A stretch of 64,000 nt of DNA from Eledone cirrhosa (lineage: Eukaryota): the NCBI GenBank assembly GCA_964016885.1, contig OZ024743.1, forward strand, positions 125,798,001 to 125,862,000, given 5' to 3'. Under the pieces are notes generated by a model. That model was given only the letters and a program-made list of their open reading frames with translations. It did not search any database and was not told where the DNA came from. The position numbers were made by a program, and so were the translations under genes. Positions 11,138-21,603 of this stretch are shown in pieces (the first letter of the stretch is position 1; the number at the start of each line of letters is the position of its first letter).

Positions 11138-13560
11138 TTCAATTCAATTCAATATATTTGGCAGAAAATAAAACATAGATGCTTCAGATGCCATGTAAGG
11201 AGGGGAGAGGGGCACAATTTACACAGTCGGAAACACAGGGTCCAACACCAGTCCAATTTCGCCTTGAATTGTTGCGTGGTTGGTGCGTTGACTACTTCTT
11301 CTGGAGGCCGATTCCAGGATCCAGAGATGCAGATCGAGAAAGCAGCTTTCCATGTATTTAGGCAAAAGCGGCGGTGAAACAGCTTTTTGTCATGTCCACG
11401 TAGACCCCTTTCAAGTGCCGGAGTGAATAGATCTTGAGGGAGATTGTAATGGCCATTGAAGAGATTGTAAGCCAAAATGAGATCGCCTCGTAGCCATCAA
11501 CGCTCCTAGGAGAAGAGGTTCAGTTTCTGCGACCGGCTTTCGTAGGGCAACTCCTGAAGACCCTGTACCATTTGAGTCGCTAGTTGTTGAACTCTCTCCA
11601 AGTGATGGATATCCCGGATGAGATATGGGTTTGATGCTTAGATGCCATATTCTAGGTGCGGTCTCACGAGGGCGACATAGAGAGGCCTGAAAATTTCTGG
11701 AGTGAGTTTGGCAAAGGAGTGTCGAATAAGAAAAAGAGACCTCCTTGCCTTGTTTGCGGCTTGAATGCAATGTTTTGATGGTTTGAAGGACGAGTCGACC
11801 AGCAGACCAAGATCTTTAGTCTCCTCAACCTCCTTCAAAAGAGTAGTGCCACAGTTGAAGGTAAGAGCTGAGTTATAAGGTGTATCCACTGCCATATGGC
11901 AACACTTATCGACATTGAGGTATAAATCCCAGTCAATGGACCAACTCCAGGCGCGCTGGAGGCTTGACTTGAGATTGTCGATCTCGCTCCTATGGGCTAC
12001 CATTTTCACATCATCTGCAAATAGGAGCATGTTTCCACCAATCACGTCCAGCATGTCGTTGATGCATAGAAGGAAGAGAATTGGGCCCAACACAGAGCCC
12101 TGGGGAACGCCACTGCCTACACCCACCCCCGATGACAGACTGCCATTGATCCGAACTCTGCATGTACGACCCTCAAGAAATGATCCAATCCACTTTATAA
12201 TCGAGTGATGGAGACCGTAGTTGCTGAGCTTATACAGGAGCAGGCGGTGGTTGACAGATTCAAAGGGTTTTGCGAAGTCGAGAAAGATAATATCGGCCGC
12301 ATCTCCATCGTCCAATATCCTCGTCACCCATTCTTCCATCACGAGTAGGTTTGTGAGACAGGAACATTTCGGGATGAAACCGTGTTGAGATGGAGAGATG
12401 GCAGTGATAGATGCAAGATGAGCCATAATTGCCCGCTTGATTAGAGATTCCAAGGCCTTACAGACAATTGAGGTGAGGTTCACGGGTCTGTAGTTCCCCG
12501 GATCTTCTTTGTCGCCTTTTTTAAAGATAGGGCAAACTATAGCTACTTTCCAGTCGTTCTTCAGATTTTTGGCCAATTCTCACGGCTCGGACTTGCGTCT
12601 TGTCATCTGAATCGCCAATAGTGACTTTGATAATGTTTGAGATAAACTCAAAGTCTTGGTGGTAGCTCTCCTTTTCAGTATTTGCACAGCTTTCAGAAAC
12701 TCCGTAGACATAAACAGATTTGTTACACTGTTCTTCAGTGCTGGCAGCTGTCTTGGGGGTACCACATTTACCTGTAACATAATGGCGACCGTTTACTGAG
12801 TTGACCCGACTGCTTCATCTTCAAGCGGGCTTGTATTTGCCGTAACAAAATTATCTGCTAAGCTGATAGGGAGACAAGGTTTGTTCTGATCATCAACCGT
12901 GTCGGAGTGGCGGTTCGTCTTTTGGATGACCGCCAAACCTCGGCAGAGGGATTTACAGTGTCTTCATCAGAGATTAAAGCTGCATCATTCATTGTGGTAG
13001 ATGCACTTGCAGGAATTTGATGAGTAGACGAGACCAATGTGTTTTGCTTGGTGTTGTCTTGTGCAGCATCTGCCATCTTCTTGCTTTGCTTCTTTTGGCG
13101 CTTCGGTTTTGCTTTGATAGTCTTCGTCTGGGAAGATGCAGATTTAGACGGTCTGGAAGTCGCATCATTAGGAGGTTGAAGTGATAATATCGTTTCTTCC
13201 ATTATCAACATCTTTGACATGAGGGCATCAATTTGAGTTTGCAAGTTAGCATTTTTCAGTTCGATTTGGGTAAGGTTCAGTTTCAACCGTTCGCAATTAC
13301 AATTATAGGTCGGTGGCATAACATTGTGATAAGTTTGGACAGCTGAGCGAGCTCTTGTAGGTGCAGGCATTATTGTGCTTAGAAAATGTACACACGTTGA
13401 CGGTTGGAGTTGAAGAAAAAAGAGAGTATAATCCACAAATGCGTAGAACAATCCCAAAACAGGGAAAAACAGCAGCAATAAACCTCTTTGGATGAGTAGT
13501 CGAATCAACTTGAACCGTTAAGCACCAAAATTGGTGTGTAGTTTATCCATCTGCTTCACA
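11138..13560 (-). mobile_element. CR1/L2-like LINE, internally deleted (ORF1-like part joined to RT), (TTGAA)n tail
   Basis: RT ORF 11638-12576 (NYRPVNLTS, GVPQGSVLGP, FADD), C-terminal fragment 11149-11475 (LRGHDKKL), coiled-coil basic ORF 12858-13508. Confidence 0.85.
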
Positions 13561-13659
13561 TATAATTAATGTGTTGTGTTGTTAAACACCCCCCCCCCCC
13601 AAAAAAAAATGTTTGATAGGGAACATATATATATTAAGTTGATATGTGGTCTAAAATAT

Positions 13660-13785
13660 ATAATAATAATAATGAAATTATTGTGTACAGTGCTCGGGTG
13701 CACTACAACTCATCAAAGGTGCATGTATAGTACATAGAATAATGTACAAATGTCAGGAAAATGAACAGTGTATGAGTCATGATAT
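13660..13785 (-). mobile_element. About 125-bp 3' tail of CR1 subfamily B
   Basis: Same sequence and same 5' start (atatcatgactc) as 2086-2212. Confidence 0.85.
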
Positions 13786-14977
13786 CATCATCATCATCAT
13801 CAGGTTTAGCGTCCGTGTTCCACGCTTGCATGGGTTTGGACGGGGGTTTTCCCACTTGAGGCAAGAGTGGTTGTCTTGCTCGCATAGGACTGTATGGCGG
13901 GTTTTCTACAGTTGGATGCCCTTCCTAACACCAACCACATTTACAGTGTGGGGCTGGGAGGTTTTTACCGTGTTGCCTACACGGCCACATTACAGCGTGG
14001 ACTGTCTGGCGGGTTTTCTACAGCTGGATGCCCTTCCTAACACCAACCACATTTACAGTGTGGGGCTGGGAGGTTTTTACCGTGTTGCCTACACGGCCAC
14101 ATTTACAGCGTGGACTGTGTGTTTTTTTGTCGTGACACCTACACGATCTCATTTGTTTCGGCCTGGATGTTGTGGGACCAACATAACTTTACATTGAAAC
14201 GGGCGGTGTGGATGGGGTGGAGGTGGTGGGACGGGGGTGTGTTTTGATAGAGATGCCTACTGACTGTAGTAGGTTTTTACTTTGTATTTAGGTAAGGCGG
14301 GTCTTCTCTATTACTGAGTACCGCCAAAGGTCTCGGTCCAGTGACATTGTCTTGGAGAGGTGTAAGCGTGTGAGGTCGGAATTTATCAGCTCGTCCCATG
14401 TTTTTCTGGGTCTGCCTACTCCGTGGCTACCGTCTATCTTTATTGCCCTGCACTTTGTTATACAGCTGTCGTCTTTCATGCGCATCACGTGACCGTACCA
14501 ACGTAGCCTTCTCTCCAGTAAACAACATCTGATCCCTCTTATTTCTAATTTTTTCCTTAGTTCGTTTATGCTTTCCCGTTCACGTATATTACTATTGCAC
14601 ATCCAGCGGAGCATGCAAGCTTCGTTCCTCTCTAGTCTGCGTATATCCTCTGCACACAATGCCCAGGTCTCACTGCCATGCAGCATTGCTGTTCGTATGC
14701 AGGCATCGTATAACCTGCCTTTCATTTTTAGGGAGAACCCTCTAGCGGCTAATAGTGGTATAAGCTCTCTGAACTTTTTCCATCCAGTTCTGACTCTAGC
14801 TACTGTACTTTCAGAGCACCCTCCCCCACTGCTGATTTTGTCACCCAGGTAACGGAAGCTGTCCACTATTTCTATAGAACCCTCTGCGCAGTTGAAGGAG
14901 CTAGTATTTTGTGGGCACTTGCTGCTACTTATTGCACCAGAGCACCGGCCACATGTAAAATCTATGTTCTTAGTTAG
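13786..14977 (-). mobile_element. 5'-truncated RTE LINE subfamily A, (GAT)n tail, 112-bp tandem duplication in the 3' UTR
   Basis: Near-identical to about 31714-32776; RRLRWYGHVMRM and GRPRKTW motifs. Confidence 0.93.
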
Positions 14978-16160
14978 AATAATAATAATAATAATGAAAT
15001 ATTGTGTACAGTGCCCAGGTGCACCACAACTCATCAAAAAGTGCATGTACAGTACATAGGGCAATGCACAAACATCAGTAAAATGAACAGTGCACGAGTC
15101 ATGATACACACGTGTGCATGTGTATGGAAGGGGTACATCAGGTGTAGTTTTGGCGTATTTCGGGAAGCATGAGTGTCTTAAAGGATGCAGTGTCTCGGCA
15201 GCTAACAACTGACGCAGGCAGTTTGTTCCATGCTTCAGCAACTCTGAGCGTGAAAAAGTGTCTACGAAAGTCATGGGAGCTGTGCTGTTTTCTGATTTTG
15301 TAGGCATGTCCACGTGTGTTAGACACATGGAGATCAAAAAGGTGCTCAGGGTTGTTGTTGACGAGATGGTATAACTTTGTGGGTATTCACCAAGTCCATT
15401 GCCAGACGTCGGAGCTTCAATGAATCCATGCCCAGGGAAGCAAGGCGTTCAGAGTATGGTAGGTGTCTGATGGAGGGTATGCGCTTGGTTGCACGTCTCT
15501 GAACAGTTTCCAGGAGGTCAATATTCCGAGCAAGATAGGGGTTCCAGACTGATGATGCGAATTCCAAGTGTGGTCGTATCATAGCTGTATACAGTTTTAA
15601 ATAGATGGCTGGAGAGCGGCTAACAAAGGTCTTGCTGAGTGATGCCAAGACACCCTCGGCCTTCTTGACAATCTGAGAGACATGCTTTGTCCAACGCAAA
15701 TCGCTGCTGACAGTAATGCCCAGGTCACGTTCACAAGAGGACTTCTTGATATTAGTGTTGTGGAGGGAGTATGTGGACGCTGGATTTTTCCTTCCAAAAT
15801 GCATGGTGGTACACTTGTCCACAGCCAGCTTCAGTTGCCAGTCTGTGATCCATTGCTGCATTGTGTCCAGGTCTGATTGTAGGAAAGAGTTGTAAATTTC
15901 AGGATCAGTCCTTTTGATTTCAAGGTACAGCTTGATGTCATCTGCATATTTCAGTACCGTGGCATTCTGTAAGTTGGCATCTATGTCATTAATATATGCC
16001 ACAAACAAAAGGGGACCAAGAACAGATCCCTGTGGTACACCAGATGACATCTCATATGGTGAAGAATGCTGTCCTAGAACCGTGACTACTTCTTTTCGGC
16101 TGAGAATGAAGGATTTCAACCAGTCGAAAAGATCATACCTCACACCCATATTGCCATAAA
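14978..16160 (-). mobile_element. 5'-truncated CR1-like LINE subfamily A
   Basis: Near-identical inverted copy of about 900-2070; frameshift near the C-terminus. Confidence 0.95.
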
Positions 16161-16248
16161 TGACTGATAGCAGATGTTTTGGTGAAATAATAGTTTTACT
16201 ACTATAGATTAGTATGTATTATTCTAATAAAAGCCCTATTTACTTTTT

Positions 16249-16460
16249 CATGGCAGCATTAGAAATATAGTAACGACAGTGTTAAGAAACTTTGAGAATA
16301 TACAATGTTGTAATATTCATGGTAGCATTAAAATATAGTAATGACAGAGTTAAGAAACTTCAAGAATATACGATGCTGTAATATTCATGGTAGCATTAAA
16401 AATATAGTAATGACAGGGTTAAGAAACTTTGAGAAAAAATATGGTAATGAAAGAGTCAAG
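16249..16460. repeat. About 3 tandem copies of a roughly 68-bp AT-rich unit
   Basis: catgg(c/t)agcatta...aatatagtaa(t/c)gacag.gttaagaaactt repeated. Confidence 0.75.
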
Positions 16461-16762
16461 CTTTGTGATATTTTGATATAATGTGTTGACCCATTTGATA
16501 CGAAACTGACTGAAACTGCCTCTGATTATACGTACTAAACTGTTTGTTTTAAAGTGTTTATATTTATCTAAAACCATCCAGAATTGTTATTAGATTATGC
16601 TCCAAACACCAACTTAATAATGAGAAAGTTAGTTATACTCGTAAATCCTTCCAAATTTTTGATTACTTTGTGTCTCTTAGAAATATAGTAATGAAAGAGT
16701 TAAGCTTTGTGGCATTTTGATTTAATGTGCTTAATTTTTATTTAATTTGTTTTAACACTTAG

Positions 16763-16868
16763 GTAATCCAAGACGTCACATCACAGCACTGACAACTGTT
16801 AGTAAAAATGCATGTGAAGGAGAACCTTCTCTACAGAATTCAATTGAAATGGCAGCACAAACACTTAA
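16763..16868 (+). CDS. GTF2H2: GTF2H2 exon D: [34 protein letters not shown](K)
   Basis: ttag acceptor, gtaaat donor, phase 1/2 compatible; GNPR.H and GEPSLQN motifs. Confidence 0.96.
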
Positions 16869-17721
16869 GTAAATGATCTTCAATATTTTAATATTTTAAT
16901 GCTCCTCTAACACCCACCCACCCCACCTATCTACTCCCATAGAGTAGAGAGGGCTCTTTGCTCAAGTCAATGACTGGCAATCTCACTAGTGCTGATACCA
17001 CAATAAAACACAGCAATAGACTAGGTGTTAGGAAGAGATTCCAGCCATACCAAAAAAGGGTTGAGAAAGCCCTTCAGTTGTAATATGACAACCTCTCTAG
17101 TGTTGGCACCACAATAAAATGCACGCAGTACATTCTGTTAAATAGTTGGTATTTGGAAGGTACAAGACATGGCCCTCTATCCTATTTAGAATTGTAAGAA
17201 CTAACACAAAACATAACTATTCATCCAACCCATGCCAATATGGAAAACTGACATAAAAATTTGATAATAATGGTTTCTGATTTAGGCACAAGGCCAACAA
17301 TTTTGGAGGAGGGGAAAGTTGATTACATCAACATCAGTGCATTACTGGTACTTTATTTTTTTCTACCCCATAAGGAGGAAAGGCAAAAGTAACCTCTGCA
17401 GGATTTGAACTCAGAACGTAAAGGGCTGTAACTCTATGCCACACGTTGATGAATCATATACTGTAATTTTTACTGGTTCGCAACATATGGATATGTGTAT
17501 ATATTTCTTTGAGCAAGTGTTCCAAAGAAGACAGTTAATCCCTCACCCATGAATTGTTTGTGATACCTATTTTCATTTAGCTGCACTGAGGAAAATTATA
17601 TGCCCTGCCTAACAACACAATGCAGTGCTTATAGTAGGATTTGAACTCTCAATTTAATCTAGCAGCTTAACAGCAGTTACTCACTTACATAAGTGGCATT
17701 ATACTATTTAGTTGTTCTAAG

Positions 17722-18700
17722 TCTGAAGTCTGTCTCAAGCCCAGTGGCTCGTCAGGCCGGTGCTTATCCTGGTTTCTGTGGCATTAAGATACTGAGAGTA
17801 TAAGACACCCTCTTGACAGGATGCCAGTCCATCGTAGGGTTAACCCCCAAGCTATTGCTGGTATTCATTTTCAGCTGAGTATACTGGAGCAACATGAAAT
17901 AAAGTGTTTTGCCCAAGAACACAACACACAACCCAGTCCAGGAATCGAACCTACAACATTATGATTGTAAGTTCAACACCCTTACCACTTGACCATTCGG
18001 TAAGTTCAACACCCTTACCACTTGACCATGCGGTAAGTTCAACACCCTTACCACTTGACCATTCGGTAAGTCCAACACCCTTACCACTTGACCATGCGGT
18101 AAGTTCAACACCCTTACCACTTGACCATGCGGTAAGTTCAACACCCTTACCACTTGACCATGCGGTAAGTTCAACACCCTTACCACTTGACCATGCGGTA
18201 AGTTCAACACCCTTACCACTTGACCATGCGGTAAGTTCAACACCCTTACCACTTGACCATGCGGTAAGTTCAACACCCTTACCACTTGACCATGCGGTAA
18301 GTTCAACACCCTTACCACTTGACCATGCGGTAAGTTCAACACTCTTACCACTTGACCATGCGGTAAGTTCAACACCCTTACCACTTGACCATGCGGTAAG
18401 TTCAACACCCTTACCACTTGACCATGCGGTAAGTTCAACACCCTTACCACTTGACCATGCGGTAAGTTCAACACCCTTACCACTTGACCATGCGGTAAGT
18501 TCAACACTCTTACCACTTGACCATGCGGTAAGTTCAACACCCTTACCACTTGACCATGCGGTAAGTTCAACACCCTTACCACTTGACCATGCGGTAAGTT
18601 CAACACCCTTACCACTTGACCATGCGGTAAGTTCAACACCCTTACCACTTGACCATGCGGTAAGTTCAACACCCTTACCACTTGACCATTCGGCTTCACA
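17722..18700 (-). mobile_element. tRNA-derived SINE whose 5' head is tandemly amplified
   Basis: Minus-strand A box TGGTCAAGTGG and B box GGTTCGATTCC; related bodies at about 6625-6845, 7090-7340 and 43880-44125. Confidence 0.85.
17967..18692. repeat. Minisatellite, 22 x 33 bp (GTAAGTTCAACACCCTTACCACTTGACCATGCG)
   Basis: Direct count; single-base variants in units 1, 3, 4, 12, 17 and 22. Confidence 0.98.
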
Positions 18701-19734
18701 TTTGGTTGTTACTCTCATTGAAAATAGTTAAGTTAATGTTAACATACTGTAGTGAGCATTAAATATGTTGACTAGAATTAATTAAAATAGACCCTCCATT
18801 GGTTTCAACTATGAGTGTTCCAGTTATTCAATCAATGTAACAGCCTACTCATGAAATTAATGTGTAAAATGGCAGAATATTCCACAGGCACATATACCCT
18901 TAATTTGCAGGGAGATTCAGTGTGATAAAGCTGACCCTTTGAATTACATATACTGTCCAACCAACAGGCTTCCAAACAGTTCCTGTCCACCCAATTTCAT
19001 TCACAAGGTTTGGGTCAGTCCAAAGCTATGATAAATGACACCTGCCCAAAGTGCCACACAGTGGGATCGAATTCAGGACCTAATAAATGCAAAGCAAACT
19101 TCATAACCATGCTACGTCCACACGAGAAGGGATTATGTGGTGAGTAAAAGACAGTATTAGTCAATGATTGGTCTTGTGCCAAAAGTAGAAACAATTATGT
19201 TAATTATTCTTGCAGTATGGGAGACAACTGAATCATGTTTCAACCTTATTAAATCTCCCTCCTCAGCAAAGCATAGACTTCACTATATTTACCAAATTAG
19301 TTAGAAGAGAGTAAAAGTGTTGCTAAAAAAATGCAGCTAATGCACTCTGTAAAGTGGCTGGTATTCAAATAATAACAACTTAGGGTATAGGAGACTCTTT
19401 GGTTTTGTCATGGACATGACAACCTTCCTAGTGCTAGTGTCATGACAAGATGCACCTAGTACACTCTATAAAATGATTGGTGTTAGGAAGAGCATCAAGC
19501 TGTAGAAATCACACTAAACATGGAATGTACACGAGACATGGTCCTCAGGCTCATCTCAGAGAGTTGTAACTCCGAATAAGAACCTGAGTTGGGCTTTAAT
19601 GACCATTCAACACTTGTCAGTGTGGAAAGCAGATATAAAGTATTTATGATGATGGTGATATTACCTGTTTGTGTTTTTATGTTCCACTAAATTTAAGGAG
19701 TAACATCCTCTATTTTCTTCTTTTTTTTTTCCAG

Positions 19735-19825
19735 GCAGATGCCAAGTCATGCCAGTAGAGAAATACTTATTATTTTTGGTAGCTTAACCACCTGTGATCC
19801 TGGAGATATTCATAATACAATAAAA
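19735..19825 (+). CDS. GTF2H2: GTF2H2 exon E: [30 protein letters not shown]
   Basis: Poly-T ccag acceptor, gtatgt donor; SRE.L....SLTTCDP motif. Confidence 0.97.
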
Positions 19826-21493
19826 GTATGTTCTTGGAATGTGTCTTTTGTTTTATATTTTTCTTTTTAGTTTACTTTATGTAAAATCTGAATTGTGTAA
19901 TACTAGAGTTAGGATAAGCACTGCAAGCAACACTTACAATCTAATTTTAAGCCTTTTGTTCCCATATTTCTAATGAAAGACACTGCCTATGATTTTCAAA
20001 TAATAAAAAAATGTGAAGGGATTTTGTAATATAACTAAATTTCTCATTATTAGAAATGTTGGTGAACTGAAGTGATATGGTTACAAATGAAAAGTAATCT
20101 TTTTGATATTAAATCATCCCTGGTTTTACAATACAAACTGTTTGTTTTAATGTGTCTATATTCATCTAAAAAAAACTTCCATCATAATTTCATGTAAGAG
20201 TCCTTGTTAAGTTATGCTCAAATACTAGCTTGATAATGAGAAAGTTACTTATATTACAAAATCCCTTCACATTTTAATAAGCATGAACGTTACTCACCTC
20301 TATCACATCTTTTTTCCATTGAGAACTCCTGGCACTTTTTCAACCAATGTTCATAATTTATACACATCAAAACCTCCCTTGCACACTGTATAAAGTTCCC
20401 CTTAAACAGTTTTTATCTCAACTCTCAGTTCTATGATTATCGGGTTGGTGGGGGGGTATCTTAACCTTTTTGATACTAGCCTGCCCAACACTGCCTCAAG
20501 TTTTATGAGATAAAACCACCCATTTATAAAATTATATTTAAATTATATATTTTACTGAAGAATGCTCTCTGTTCCAACCACTCCAAATTTTTTATTCTTT
20601 TCAAAATTAATTGGAAAATATATTCATAAAAAATGGTTAATTTGTTGGTTTATTCTAATTTAGGAAATTGGTTTGGTAATGAAAATATTACCAAATTCTC
20701 AGATACTTTCAAATCAAATTTTAAACGTTTTGAGTTTCAATAATGTTTGTGAGTTCAAGTTTAATTCAAAGATCTTTTAAATTATAGCAAATATTTGTTG
20801 GAAGTTTCTCATTTCATGTCCAGTGTGTATGGTATTTTATATTCTGTATATAAATCAAAAGCTTTTACCAGTACTGCAACTGCTGTAAAAAAAACTACAA
20901 AATAATCATATTGAAATGGAGTGTAACTTCAACTCCTTTCTCATCATTATTTCCATTCCTTATCTTATATTTATCTATATTCTAAAAATACTTCGATAGC
21001 TGTTGTTCTGCCAAGTTTTCTGCAATCATTCCTCCTCATAAGGTTGCTAATTAAGTAACTTATCTTTCTACTAATTCTCATCCCTAATAAACCTTGTATA
21101 TTTTCAAAATTATTTGGAAATCATAGGCAATGTCTTTGATTAGAAATATGGTTAAAAAAAAAAAGGCTAGTAGTTTTTTTTATTTGAATGTCTGTTCTAT
21201 TGAATTCTCTTCCTTCTTGTTTCCCTGATGGATATATTCTTAATTCATTTAAATCTTCTGTTGATCGCTTTCTAATTTCTAGAACAGTGTCTCATACTTT
21301 CTTTTCTTCCTTTTCTTTAATAACTCCCAACAAATTAAATGGTTTCTTTGGGCCTGGTGTACTGCTAGTTTCTTGTCCCCTTCTTAAGAGTGACTTCCAT
21401 TAAAAAAAGTTGTAATTAATTGTTCAAAAAAAATTTATCTAAAAAATATAGAAATGTAATTTCTAAATTTTCTATTGACATTTAATGTTGCAG

Positions 21494-21581
21494 ACAATGA
21501 AAGAAAGTTCTATTCGATGTTCTGTGATTGGATTGTCAGCTGAGGTGAGAATTTGCAAGCGGCTTACTACAGAAACTAAAG
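21494..21581 (+). CDS. GTF2H2: GTF2H2 exon F: TMKESSIRCSVIGLSAEVRICKRLTTETK(G)
   Basis: ttgcag acceptor, weak gttaaa donor; IR.SVIGLSAEV motif. Confidence 0.95.
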
Positions 21582-21603
21582 GTTAAAAGTTAAAAGTATT
21601 TAT

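Noticed and set aside
14288-15337. 349-aa fusion ORF
   Set aside because: Chance read-through from an off-frame CR1 end and UTR, through an ATT tail, into the RTE frame
17967-18692. CRISPR array, or repeat-protein genes from the three long ORFs
   Set aside because: Units abut with no unique spacers and no cas genes; ORFs arise because 33 is divisible by 3; the unit derives from a SINE head
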